Below, piece by piece: positions 35,014 to 43,961 of a stretch of 51,054 nt of DNA. The notes under the pieces were generated by a model, which made no database searches, was not told the DNA's origin, and was given only the letters and a program-made list of their open reading frames with translations. The number at the start of each line of letters is the position of its first letter. Positions within the stretch are counted from its first letter, which is position 1. The position numbers were made by a program, and so were the translations under genes. Source of the DNA: a virus; the IMG/VR virus record IMGVR_UViG_3300010352_001565, positions 1 to 51,054 of that record; one strand, 5' to 3'.

Positions 35014-35537
35014 GGAGCTCGCAAAACTGCGCCATCGGGATACAACACCATGGCACCATCGGGTGCAAACGTTACCTTGCTGGCTCCCTTGAGGGCCACC
35101 AGCGACGTTGTTGACGGTGACACTGGCAGGCTCGACCGCTGGCTGCTGCTGGGAGGCGCTGCCACCATCTCCAAAGGGGACGGTTCCGGTTTCTCCGCAC
35201 TGGGTTGAGACGGGGCTGTCGGGGACTGAATTTGCGCTTCCCGCAGCGGCGCCACTGGAGGCAACGTCGACACAGACGCAGACCCCGCTTGAGTCGGAGG
35301 GACTCCCATGACTTGGGCGAACTTGGCCGGAAGGGCCAGATTCAGGGATTGAAGGTGCTTCAAGAAAGTGGCTTCGGTACCAGAGCTTGACGCTGAGCAG
35401 AGGCCTTCTGAGGCCATGGTCTCGACGACGACTTTCTTCGAGGGACGGCTGGCAATCGCCAGTGCGGTCTCGACTTTGGTCAAGACGCCCTGAGCTTGCT
35501 CCGCCGACAGACAGGCAATTTTCGATTTTTTGATCAT
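34947..35537 (-). CDS. Early protein (196 aa) with a helical N-terminus and a Pro/Ser-rich linker. It is the zero-frame product of the candidate frameshift gene.
   Basis: ATG about 40 nt downstream of the promoter -10. The N-terminus MIKKSKIACLSAEQAQGVLTKVETALAIAS looks protein-like. Confidence 0.5.
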   Translation of the reverse strand: MIKKSKIACLSAEQAQGVLTKVETALAIASRPSKKVVVETMASEGLCSASSSGTEATFLKHLQSLNLALPAKFAQVMGVPPTQAGSASVSTLPPVAPLREAQIQSPTAPSQPSAEKPEPSPLEMVAAPPSSSQRSSLPVSPSTTSLVALKGASKVTFAPDGAMVLYPDGAVLRAPNLDVQKLRSSCNLIEFSGSYK

Positions 35538-35574
35538 ATGTTTGTTTAGCTGCGAACAGCATAAGTTTCATCAG

Positions 35575-35614
35575 CACTATAGCATGCGAATAAAACTTTG
35601 TAAACATTTATTTG
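35575..35614 (-). promoter_or_regulatory. T4-early-type promoter (minus): AAATAAATGTTTACA, 17-nt spacer, TATAGT
   Basis: Minus-strand reading AAATAAATGTTTACAAAGTTTTATTCGCATGCTATAGT. Confidence 0.5.
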
Positions 35615-35665
35615 AAAGAATTATTGGCAGCCCGCAGTACACCGAAGAACAGTTCTAATTCGAAT

Positions 35666-36439
35666 ATGGCTCTAAAGACCAATCTGACAAGCCTCACGCC
35701 AGCGCGTGAGAAATTCAAACGCGAGATCACTTTACTCTCGCATGGCTACGCTGCTCCTCAGTCTTTTCCTGACGGCAAAATCACGGTCTACCCATGGGAC
35801 CCTGAGACTGATGACTGGATTGTTGACCGCATTCGCCGCTCTGGCGGAAGCTCGAATTTTATGTGGGATCTCTGCGCTCGACAGTGCGATTTGAAAGGCT
35901 GTCCAATCGACCGCTTTGTTGTAGGCGACGTCAACACCGTGATCTTGGTTTCACGCGGCATCATGAACCGCAACGTCGTTCAGATCTCTCCAAAATGCCC
36001 GATGTGCGGCAAGCAGGCGACCGAAGAAATCAAGGTTCCTGACAACCTGTCAAAGATTGGTGAAAAATCAGCAGACTATCCAGGTTACGACACCATCACT
36101 CTTCCTGACTGCAAAGACGCAGTCAAGATTCGTCCGCTCGTCGTCGGCGACATGAAGAAGATCGATGGCCGCCCTGAAGATGACAAGCTGATCCTTCCTG
36201 ACCGCCTGCTGAAAATCCTCGTTCCTGTCGTCGAAGTTAACGACACAACGCCTGATACGTTTAGTGAGCTTCAGAGCTGGTACGACGCTCTCCACCCGAT
36301 CGACAAACAAGAGCTGCAAGACAAGGAAGACGAGCTTTACCCTCATCTCGACCAGAACCTCAGCGTCCAGTGCGACAACCCGGACTGCAAGCACATCTTC
36401 CAGCACATTCTAACATTCAACGAAAAGTTTTTTCGCTAA
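35666..36439 (+). CDS. Hypothetical protein with two CxxC zinc-ribbon-like pairs; start taken at MALKTNL
   Basis: The track start is a TTG inside the divergent promoter. CPMCGKQ and CDNPDCKH motifs. Confidence 0.4.
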   Translation: MALKTNLTSLTPAREKFKREITLLSHGYAAPQSFPDGKITVYPWDPETDDWIVDRIRRSGGSSNFMWDLCARQCDLKGCPIDRFVVGDVNTVILVSRGIMNRNVVQISPKCPMCGKQATEEIKVPDNLSKIGEKSADYPGYDTITLPDCKDAVKIRPLVVGDMKKIDGRPEDDKLILPDRLLKILVPVVEVNDTTPDTFSELQSWYDALHPIDKQELQDKEDELYPHLDQNLSVQCDNPDCKHIFQHILTFNEKFFR

Positions 36440-36476
36440 CGCGGCTCTCATCGGTCAGGAAGACTACTACCGTGAG

Positions 36477-36614
36477 ATGGCAGAAGCCGCATATATTGGG
36501 CGTGGTTTGACGATTGACCTTACCAGAATTCCGAGCTGGGCGATCGACGTCATCATGAAACACCAGGAACGAATTTCAAAAGAGCTGAAAACCCTAGAGG
36601 GAACTAAGCAATGA
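36477..36614 (+). CDS. Small ORF (45 aa) translationally coupled to the RNase H gene
   Basis: The ATG at 36477 opens a frame ending in TGA that overlaps the rnh ATG as ATGA. It is below the ORF-track cutoff. Confidence 0.3.
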   Translation: MAEAAYIGRGLTIDLTRIPSWAIDVIMKHQERISKELKTLEGTKQ

Positions 36615-37477
36615 GCACAAACAGCAACTACGGGATATGGGACGCAAACTCATGGTACAGCCGGTCGTACTATGCGGCTAACGAGGACGTCCACGAGGGG
36701 TTCAAGCTTGGCATCACAACGCTGCTGAACCAGCTTGACTTCCACTCGTCGCGCCTTCCAGACGTGCTGACTCACACCCTCTTCTGCTGGGACACCGGAC
36801 GAAAGTCCAATAAGCCACGCGATCCGAAGCCAAAAGAGTACGACGAAGGGATTGTCACCATCCGCGAGATCCTGACCAAGCTCTTTAACTCTGCCCACGC
36901 CATTCCTCCTTGCCACGAAGCAGATGACGCCGTTGCCACCGCAGCACTTCGCCAGAAGACTGGAAATGTGTACGTCATTTCCGGGGATAAGGACCTGCAC
37001 GCCCTTATCGGCGACAACTGCTACTATTACTGCCTGAACAACCGGGCAGTCCTTTCCAGGAACTTCGTCCTATCGAAGTGGGGCATCAAGCGGCCATCTC
37101 AGGTCCCGCTCGCCTTGGCCATTATCGGCGACCACAGCGACGGAATCACAGGAATCAGAGGGTGGGGACCTGCTAAAGCCAAGGCATTGTTTGAGAATGT
37201 CACCGAGGACATGAGTTTCAGCCAGGCCCTAGACAAGATAGACTCGATGATCCCGGATGCGAAGAAGGATGAATTCTACACATCCTTGAATGCCACGATG
37301 CTAGATCCAGAGGTTCCCGGCGTCCCGGAGCCAGCACCGTTGAGATTTACGGATGAACCGATCCTTGAGGAGCTGGGCTTTCCTACTGTCCAGACATACT
37401 ATGACCAGGTGAAGCTCCAATACGAAGACCGAGCGACGGATTCTGCCCCAGGAAAGTTCGACGAAGCGGAGTATTAA
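36611..37477 (+). CDS. rnh: RNase H / 5'-3' exonuclease (FEN family, T4 rnh-like)
   Basis: HEADDAVA and ISGDKDL acidic motifs of the PIN/53EXO fold, plus helix-hairpin-helix ITGIRGWGPAKAKAL. Confidence 0.8.
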   Translation: MSTNSNYGIWDANSWYSRSYYAANEDVHEGFKLGITTLLNQLDFHSSRLPDVLTHTLFCWDTGRKSNKPRDPKPKEYDEGIVTIREILTKLFNSAHAIPPCHEADDAVATAALRQKTGNVYVISGDKDLHALIGDNCYYYCLNNRAVLSRNFVLSKWGIKRPSQVPLALAIIGDHSDGITGIRGWGPAKAKALFENVTEDMSFSQALDKIDSMIPDAKKDEFYTSLNATMLDPEVPGVPEPAPLRFTDEPILEELGFPTVQTYYDQVKLQYEDRATDSAPGKFDEAEY

Positions 37478-37953
37478 AACGGAGGCTCGCTGTTCGGATC
37501 ATTCGGGCCCTCATCCTCAATATCCCGCCTGAGGTCATCAAGGTCCTGCCGAAGCCGCCGCATTCCAGGTTCAGAGATCAGCAGCTGTCGGGCTGTCTTT
37601 GCCACCTCGTCAGCCACAGAGACTAGGTTAGCGTTCAGCAGATACTTCTTGTCCCAGAGAGTGTTTCCAGAGTTTCCAGGGTCGATATTGCTGATGCGGA
37701 CGGTGAACTTGCTGCTGTGATCAAGCGCCCAAGCGTTTTCCTTTGCATCCGGTGTGTTGCGATCGAATTGGATGTGGTTTAAGATCTCGACCGATTGAAC
37801 GAATCCCTGGCTAGTGCGGTGGGTTAGCGACTTTCTGGTCTCGCGAGGAAGCTTCTCATAGGAGTAATCCGTAAGCCTCGCCAACAAGAGCTGGCGAAGC
37901 TTACGAGTGACTGCGTGACCAATCACAGATTCAATTAGACGCCTTGATTTCAT
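37474..37953 (-). CDS. Hypothetical protein
   Basis: 159-aa ORF in a minus-strand array. Confidence 0.4.
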   Translation of the reverse strand: MKSRRLIESVIGHAVTRKLRQLLLARLTDYSYEKLPRETRKSLTHRTSQGFVQSVEILNHIQFDRNTPDAKENAWALDHSSKFTVRISNIDPGNSGNTLWDKKYLLNANLVSVADEVAKTARQLLISEPGMRRLRQDLDDLRRDIEDEGPNDPNSEPPF

Positions 37954-38537
37954 TTCAGTTTGCTGAAAGAGCGGCGTCTCAGCTCCTCGTTGTCGGGATA
38001 CTCGCGCCGTTTTGTCTGCGGTTTCGGAGCAGGACGATCTTCAGCGCTGAGGTAATCGGCGTAGTTGTCAGGGTCGTAGTTTTTGACGAGCCGCAGAATG
38101 TTCTGCTTCGTCCCAGAAAACTCGTACACCGGCCAACCGCCTCCAGGGCCGTTTTTCTTGATAAGACGCGCAGTGCACCCGTACTTTGACGCCCAATCAA
38201 CGGTGTTAGCATGAACATCTCCTCTCTTTGTATCTTCAGGCTCAACGGCGATGTCCAGCTGAACAGAAATGACTTCAGATGAGTTCGATTTCACGCCGAG
38301 GCGTGTCGATAAGCCACCGAGGTTCTGTTGAGTCTGAGGTCCCTCTTCAAGCAAGCTGGCGACGACAGCCTCAGCGACCTTTTCCTTCGATGGTTTTTTC
38401 TTGAGGTGAGGGTTCTGGCAGATACACCCGATGTCGCTTGCCACGCCGTGTCGCGTCCACTCGGCTGGTGAAACTTCACGCCCGTTGACCTTCATAGATG
38501 TCATACCCCCGCACGATTTGCAAAATGTTTGTTTCAT
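37950..38537 (-). CDS. Hypothetical protein with an N-terminal zinc ribbon
   Basis: CKSCGG...CICQNPH. Confidence 0.4.
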   Translation of the reverse strand: MKQTFCKSCGGMTSMKVNGREVSPAEWTRHGVASDIGCICQNPHLKKKPSKEKVAEAVVASLLEEGPQTQQNLGGLSTRLGVKSNSSEVISVQLDIAVEPEDTKRGDVHANTVDWASKYGCTARLIKKNGPGGGWPVYEFSGTKQNILRLVKNYDPDNYADYLSAEDRPAPKPQTKRREYPDNEELRRRSFSKLK

Positions 38538-38540
38538 AAG

Positions 38541-38954
38541 TTATCCTCGCATCCTGCGCATTATGATGCTGTTTTGGAGAATTTTGTCGTCGCTTCCACG
38601 CCTGACTGAATAATGCTTCCCGTCAAGATCAACGGCAAACAGGCCCCCTGGAAGGGTGAAAAACACCGTTTGCTCTGGAAGGTCGACGTAGCTTTCGCGA
38701 TTGTGGCGGCTGTATCCGCCGTTCCACTCAGACGCGAGAACTTTAATTGGGTTTGGAACAACCACGGCGTACCCGACAGGGAGCTCGTCCCAGGAAAACC
38801 CGTCGTTTCCGATTCCTGGATTGTCTCTGCGCTGCAGAAACTTTCGGTTGTCAGCCGGTCTTTTGTAGGCGGCTGAAACGCGGGCTCCTTCAGCCTCGTC
38901 GCGCAAGTCAAGCCCTTCGACAACAAGCTGCTCAATAATCTGCTTTGATTTCAT
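38541..38954 (-). CDS. Hypothetical protein
   Basis: 137-aa ORF. Confidence 0.4.
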   Translation of the reverse strand: MKSKQIIEQLVVEGLDLRDEAEGARVSAAYKRPADNRKFLQRRDNPGIGNDGFSWDELPVGYAVVVPNPIKVLASEWNGGYSRHNRESYVDLPEQTVFFTLPGGLFAVDLDGKHYSVRRGSDDKILQNSIIMRRMRG

Positions 38955-38957
38955 ATC

Positions 38958-39458
38958 TTATGGTTGGCCGTCAGACGGAGCCCGACCGCCAGTTGGATCT
39001 TGAGGGTCAAGCTCGTAAGCAAGCTTGTACCAGTACATTTCGCAGGTTGACGGACCCCATTCAGCAAACGGAGAAAGGCATCCGCTACGAGGATCTGGGT
39101 CTTCGATCATGGCGATGGCAATTCCGTCATTTTTGCCCTCTTCACCTTCTTCTTCAACCTCTGCGTTAGCGAATGCACCTTTGATGCTCTTGTCATCCGG
39201 AATGACGTAGATGGAGTGGCCTGTAAAGCCTTGAGATTCGACCTGTTCGATCGTTCCGTGGACGTCCTTGAATCCTGGAGTGAGCCCGTCAGCGTACTGA
39301 GTGAGGACTATCCGCTGACCTTCTTTAAGACCCTTGAATTGCTCAGGAGTCAGACCACCGTTGGCCATTACATCTTGAACATTGTCTGCTTTCGGTGGTT
39401 CGTTCTCGCCGAGAAGTTTCTCGACGAGCTGCTCAGCCTTCTTTTCGTTTTGTTTCAT
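38958..39458 (-). CDS. Acidic early protein; start reassigned to MKQNEKK
   Basis: The ATG lies 6 nt after the TATATT -10 of the promoter at 39465-39495. The first 7 residues of the track ORF fall inside the promoter. Confidence 0.5.
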   Translation of the reverse strand: MKQNEKKAEQLVEKLLGENEPPKADNVQDVMANGGLTPEQFKGLKEGQRIVLTQYADGLTPGFKDVHGTIEQVESQGFTGHSIYVIPDDKSIKGAFANAEVEEEGEEGKNDGIAIAMIEDPDPRSGCLSPFAEWGPSTCEMYWYKLAYELDPQDPTGGRAPSDGQP

Positions 39459-39464
39459 ACGAAT

Positions 39465-39495
39465 AATATAGCACAGATTCAAAAATCTGTAAACA
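39465..39495 (-). promoter_or_regulatory. T4-early-type promoter (minus): GTTTACA, 17-nt spacer, TATATT
   Basis: Minus-strand reading AAGTGTTTACAGATTTTTGAATCTGTGCTATATT. Confidence 0.5.
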
Positions 39496-39496
39496 C

Positions 39497-39835
39497 TTAC
39501 ATGCTCAAGATCGGAAGCGGACCGCCAGCCGGTCGGTCAGCCGTGCGAGTCACGGAGAAGTCAAGAAGGGCGCCACCGGAAGCGTTGCCAGACAGGCGAA
39601 CTTGAGGATAGCTCGAGGTGACCACGCATGGAACAGTTTGACCAGCGATAAGGGTGCTGGTGTTTCCAACGTCGACCCAGGCAGTCCCGTTAAACTCTTG
39701 CCAGCGATAGTTGACGGTGTTAGTTCCGGCGTTTCTCAGGGTGACCAGAGCGGAAACTTGACCTTGTTGGAGCATCGAAAAGAGGACAGCATCGACCTCT
39801 CCCACTACGGCGGTGTCAGACACGAAAATTTTCAT
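39497..39835 (-). CDS. Hypothetical beta-rich protein
   Basis: 112-aa ORF. Confidence 0.4.
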   Translation of the reverse strand: MKIFVSDTAVVGEVDAVLFSMLQQGQVSALVTLRNAGTNTVNYRWQEFNGTAWVDVGNTSTLIAGQTVPCVVTSSYPQVRLSGNASGGALLDFSVTRTADRPAGGPLPILSM

Positions 39836-39854
39836 GCCTTAAATACCCGAGGTC

Positions 39855-40595
39855 TTAGATTCCGGCTTCGCGCTCGATCTTTCGAATATGAGCTTCGCCT
39901 GGAAGGACAGCGGAAATCGAGCCCCAGTCTTCGCCGTCATTCTTGTAAAAGTAGCCGGATTTAGCTTTTCCGCGCTTTAAAAGACCACGCATTCTTCCGT
40001 TCGCGTGGCTGTCGCCATGAGGGCGATACTCGCTATTGCTCATCTTACCGACGATCTCAAGCTCAAAGATGTCAGGCTTCGAATCGAGAGGAATTGGCTG
40101 GCCGTTTGAGAACGTGGCGGGCTTGTACTCTCCAGGATAGAAGTCATCCTCTGGAAACGGAGACCCGAACCCGCAGTTGAACCCTGTTGGTCGTATCCCT
40201 CTTTTTTGAAGAGTCCTTTTGCCGCACAAGAGAGTCTTGCCGTACTCTCGAGTGCCGTCCCAGACTCCGCTCACAGGATAGCCGATAGTGGCAGTGAGCG
40301 CCTCGTAAGCAGCAAGGTGGGTTCCAACGTGAAGTCCGGTGGCGCCTCCCCTGAGATCTCCACTTGCAGTCCCATGCCAGTACGCCTCGATGAGGCTCTC
40401 GCATTGCTTCGAATCCACCCCCGCCATAATAGCGTTGGCAAACCAACCAATCATGGTTCCTTCATCTGAAGGAATGGAGGGGTTCTTTTTGATGCAGCTG
40501 CAGAATTCTTTTGCCCACACAACGGCGTCTGTCGTTTGGGGTATTGGCTTTCCGTCTTGGCCAACAAGCTGCTCAATTGCCTGCTTCGCGTTCAC
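39855..40595 (-). CDS. Hypothetical protein (246 aa)
   Basis: Well-formed ORF with no motif I can name confidently. Confidence 0.45.
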   Translation of the reverse strand: MNAKQAIEQLVGQDGKPIPQTTDAVVWAKEFCSCIKKNPSIPSDEGTMIGWFANAIMAGVDSKQCESLIEAYWHGTASGDLRGGATGLHVGTHLAAYEALTATIGYPVSGVWDGTREYGKTLLCGKRTLQKRGIRPTGFNCGFGSPFPEDDFYPGEYKPATFSNGQPIPLDSKPDIFELEIVGKMSNSEYRPHGDSHANGRMRGLLKRGKAKSGYFYKNDGEDWGSISAVLPGEAHIRKIEREAGI

Positions 40596-40601
40596 GGCTA
40601 A

Positions 40602-41144
40602 CTAGCATCTGATACTCCACGACCAGACAGGCGAGAAATCGTCAGACTTGTTGATGCCCACATAGGTCTTGCGGGCGATGAGAGTTTCGTTTCCAGAGAA
40701 GAGTCCCATTTCCTTAATGAGATAGCCGTTGGCTTCACCAGCCCCAATTGAAAACTCCACGCGGGAAACGAATGGGCGCGGCCAGTCAACGCCGTCGATC
40801 TCCTTGAGATAAACCTCCTGGCCTTCGACGAACGAAATCGGGCTTTCAAGACCGACATCAGTGACTTTCGGGGCGGTTGTTCCAGTACCGACGCCGAATT
40901 TGGCGCAGACGTAGTCAGATGTCGGATTCTTGCCACCAAACAGGTAACTGAGCATCTGGCGGCCTTGGTCGACAAACAGGTTGGATCCAAGCACTATCTC
41001 TCCGTCACGCACATCCCAGCCTCGGCGAGAGGTGGAGCAGCGCGAATCTAGGAGCCAGCCAAATTTGATTGCTTTTTCAAGCGGAACGTTCTTCCCGTTG
41101 GAAGAGTCAACGAGTCGCATCGTAACAAAGCCTTTGATATTCAT
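40602..41144 (-). CDS. Hypothetical protein
   Basis: 180-aa ORF. Confidence 0.4.
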   Translation of the reverse strand: MNIKGFVTMRLVDSSNGKNVPLEKAIKFGWLLDSRCSTSRRGWDVRDGEIVLGSNLFVDQGRQMLSYLFGGKNPTSDYVCAKFGVGTGTTAPKVTDVGLESPISFVEGQEVYLKEIDGVDWPRPFVSRVEFSIGAGEANGYLIKEMGLFSGNETLIARKTYVGINKSDDFSPVWSWSIRC

Positions 41145-41199
41145 GTCGTGATAACTATCGATCTCAGTTTATGTTCGTTGCCAATGCGAAACTTTCATT

Positions 41200-41229
41200 G
41201 TTTACATTTCAGCGCTTGTGCTGTACATT
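41200..41229 (+). promoter_or_regulatory. T4-early-type promoter: GTTTACA, 17-nt spacer, TACATT, ATG 6 nt downstream
   Basis: ATTGTTTACATTTCAGCGCTTGTGCTGTACATT, then gacagt ATG. Confidence 0.5.
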
Positions 41230-41235
41230 GACAGT

Positions 41236-41637
41236 ATGAAGAACTCCTTGATGTTATCAGTCTTGCTAGCGCTGTTGTGCGGGTGCACCATTGCCCCTGT
41301 CAGGTACCCTCCTTCGTCATTTCAGCCCACATCCGAGGGAAAGACTAGCCCTCCTTTCATGCGCGGAGATCTCGTGGTCCTGAAGACTCAAGAGGTCAAT
41401 TACCCTGGAAGTGCGCGCGGCCAGGTGGTCTGTGGCTACTGGGATCCGATGTTTTGCACTTGGCGGTATCAGGTAAAATTTCCGAGAGGAGCGTGGGGAG
41501 ACTTCTACCCATACTTTGCGGGAATCCGTCAGTCGTACTACTACGAAAACTACTACGACTTCGACGTCTGGGTTTGTGGATACGAGCTTCTTCGCGTTGA
41601 CGAGCCGCGAGCGGTTACTTTTCCGTTGAGTAGGTAA
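41236..41637 (+). CDS. Putative lipoprotein expressed from an early-type promoter
   Basis: MKNSLMLSVLLALLCGC is signal-peptide-like with Cys at the cleavage region. Start moved from the track's GTG at 41218 to the ATG. Confidence 0.45.
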   Translation: MKNSLMLSVLLALLCGCTIAPVRYPPSSFQPTSEGKTSPPFMRGDLVVLKTQEVNYPGSARGQVVCGYWDPMFCTWRYQVKFPRGAWGDFYPYFAGIRQSYYYENYYDFDVWVCGYELLRVDEPRAVTFPLSR

Positions 41638-41640
41638 AGT

Positions 41641-41982
41641 ATGCCAGGTCGACTAATATGCGTTACGGGAGCCCAAAACGCTGGTGGAGCAGTTTTTACC
41701 GGCAAGCCAGGAGCTCCAGAATTTGGTGGAGGAGAGGCAGTCACAAACACCTGCACGGCGTCCTGTCCTGCAGCAGCCGGTCAAGGACCTGGAGGATACG
41801 GGCTTCACCCTGTCGATGCGTTAGGAAACCGGATGGCGATGGACTCGACTCCACTGCTTCCATTCTGCAGCCAAATTGTGAGATACAACACCGATGCTGT
41901 TGCGCTGGTTGGAACGATGACGTCGTGCGGTCATGCGATGACCCAAGCAGGAATGAACGGGTGCGCGACAAGCGCCACCTAG
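41641..41982 (+). CDS. Small Gly/Ala/Cys-rich protein
   Basis: The ORF exactly fills the gap between the lipoprotein gene and the convergent gene. Its odd composition makes the coding call tentative. Confidence 0.25.
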   Translation: MPGRLICVTGAQNAGGAVFTGKPGAPEFGGGEAVTNTCTASCPAAAGQGPGGYGLHPVDALGNRMAMDSTPLLPFCSQIVRYNTDAVALVGTMTSCGHAMTQAGMNGCATSAT

Positions 41983-42575
41983 ATCATCATGTCTTTGATG
42001 CTCGATTTAAGCTCGGCCATCTCTCGATTCTTTCTCTGAATTGCCTGATTTCCAAGAGCTGAAGGACCAGCAGCAAGGTTCTTGGCATAGTCGTTAACAG
42101 CCGCTCCAGCCGCCCCCATCGCGGCCCCTGTATTTTCAGCCGCATGACACATTCCATCGGCGCACCTGATGTAGCCTTGAATCTTTCCAAGGTCAATGTT
42201 CATATGGTGCTGAAACCTTGCCAGACATTTCTTAAAACGGTCCAATCGCAATGCCGCGTGACTGTCAATCTGATCGCACAGATGGGCGTACGCTTTGTTG
42301 AGCTCTCCTCTTAGCTGGTCAATTCCAAGAAGGTTGTCCATGTCTGCGTAAGGAAGATTCAGGAATGGGCAGCTGTTTCTAAGGTCGTTGTAAAGCGTAA
42401 GATCGATGTTGGAAACAGGAATAAGGTTCGCAGGGTTCGGCACCAGCGTCTTGAGGTCAGCCGCTTGCTCAATGAGGTCAGCCATCCGCTGCATCGACTC
42501 AACGCGGCGGTTCATGCGGTCAATAAGACCAAGCTGGTGCTTTTGAAGCGAATCTAAGACACGACAAGCGCTCAT
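41979..42575 (-). CDS. Hypothetical baseplate-module protein
   Basis: 198-aa ORF, third gene in an array downstream of the spike gene. Confidence 0.35.
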   Translation of the reverse strand: MSACRVLDSLQKHQLGLIDRMNRRVESMQRMADLIEQAADLKTLVPNPANLIPVSNIDLTLYNDLRNSCPFLNLPYADMDNLLGIDQLRGELNKAYAHLCDQIDSHAALRLDRFKKCLARFQHHMNIDLGKIQGYIRCADGMCHAAENTGAAMGAAGAAVNDYAKNLAAGPSALGNQAIQRKNREMAELKSSIKDMMI

Positions 42576-42850
42576 ATTCCAACAGTTTCGTCAAAGATCT
42601 TTGTTTTTGCAGCGGCCGTCTTGATGTAGATCTTGAGACGGACAGACGCCTCAGGGATCATGTCGATCAGCTTGAGAATCAAGTTAATAAGCTCCTGAAT
42701 GTGGTCCCCTAGCCACTTTAGGACGTTCGGAAGATCCGGAAGCTTGATAGTGGGGATTGCCGGTATCCACGCCCCTAAGCTAAACGTAGGGATCGGGATG
42801 GTCACCGAAATGATCAGGTTCAAACCGTTTGCTTCAATCATCTGGGTCAT
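42572..42850 (-). CDS. Hypothetical small protein downstream of the spike gene
   Basis: 92-aa ORF coupled by start/stop overlap on both sides. Confidence 0.35.
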   Translation of the reverse strand: MTQMIEANGLNLIISVTIPIPTFSLGAWIPAIPTIKLPDLPNVLKWLGDHIQELINLILKLIDMIPEASVRLKIYIKTAAAKTKIFDETVGI

Positions 42851-43923
42851 ACAAAAGTAAATCCTGTAGCAGGGTCTATGGTTAAGGTGTGTGCTCCAGC
42901 TTGAATTATGATTGGAACTGGAGTAGGGCCAGATTTTATCGTGACTCCGGCCGGAGTGGTCTGGACAGTCAGCTGTGATCCTAGCGCTGATCCTACCGTA
43001 AATCCAGCGGTGTCAAAATTGATGGAGTTGCACATGAACGTAACGCTGCTCAGCCCCGTGTTATCCACGGTGATAGAAGCACCGGGAAGCCCGGTGGTTA
43101 ATGGCGCGGCGTAAAGCACTACCTTCTGACCGTCAACGCTCACGTACGACCCAGTAGACGCAGAGATCGCTCCAGCTCCATCTCCAAGCGCAATGGCTCC
43201 GCCTCCGCTGTCTGTCACTGCAAATTTTCCATTTTTCAGCGACAGCGTGGAGCATTCTTCGTCACCAGAGAAAATTGAAAAACCCTTGCCTGCCTGTAGG
43301 ATGTAGTCCTCATCAATAATAAGGGCCATGTCCTTCGTCGTGTAGGTGATCGCGACATCGGCCGAGAACCGCATCCTCTTTATCGCCTCAAAATCAAAGT
43401 CGTTAGCAAGCACCACCCACTGCTCACCGATGTTGTAGGTCAGGTCCTCGTTAATGTGGAGAAGACCACCGTTGCACTTGTCATCCAGCATCCAGGCGTT
43501 TCCTTTCGCCGAGATTTCAAGGATTGACTCGCTGTTAAACTCGATGGTGTGGCCATACCTGGTCAGCGCAGCGCGCTTAGGAAGCCCTGTCTTTTCATCA
43601 TGCTGGTGCAGCTTAAGATTCTCAGTTCCCGCAATGGTTTGATTACCCCACTCCCAGATTGGCTTCTCTGGCTCAAGATTCAAAAACCTGACGTACACTT
43701 GGTCGCCAGGTTCTGGGAGCCAGGAGATACCACCGGATGCAGGAGAGTTGCCAGCGGGCATGCCGACAGGAAGCGCCCATGGAATGTCCTTGGTGCTGAC
43801 AGACCCGAAATCGCTCTTGGACGGGCCATAGATGTGCGGAACACGGACCTTGAGCCGACCCATCTTCAACGGATCGGCGTTATCTTCAACAGTACCAATA
43901 AATGTCCCGCTTAGCTGACTCAC
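42847..43923 (-). CDS. Baseplate central spike, P2 gpV / T4 gp5 N-domain-like, with a C-terminal beta-helix-like extension
   Basis: GTVEDNADPLKMGRLKVRVP...WLPEPGDQVYVRFLNLEPEKPIWEWG fits the Phage_base_V OB-fold pattern G.V..dp...GRvrVr.p...W..P..G..V.V.F..Gd...P...G. Confidence 0.7.
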   Translation of the reverse strand: MSQLSGTFIGTVEDNADPLKMGRLKVRVPHIYGPSKSDFGSVSTKDIPWALPVGMPAGNSPASGGISWLPEPGDQVYVRFLNLEPEKPIWEWGNQTIAGTENLKLHQHDEKTGLPKRAALTRYGHTIEFNSESILEISAKGNAWMLDDKCNGGLLHINEDLTYNIGEQWVVLANDFDFEAIKRMRFSADVAITYTTKDMALIIDEDYILQAGKGFSIFSGDEECSTLSLKNGKFAVTDSGGGAIALGDGAGAISASTGSYVSVDGQKVVLYAAPLTTGLPGASITVDNTGLSSVTFMCNSINFDTAGFTVGSALGSQLTVQTTPAGVTIKSGPTPVPIIIQAGAHTLTIDPATGFTFV

Positions 43924-43961
43924 GCCGTAACTACCGTCCGTAGTTATAGCACGAAAGGCCT

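Noticed and set aside
34627-35607. Reading the 326-aa ORF as one ordinary gene starting at an ATG 4 nt after the -10
   Set aside because: Its first ~200 residues are S/G/R/P/Q-rich low complexity typical of off-frame translation. The other frame has a good N-terminus. The frameshift-fusion explanation fits both halves better.
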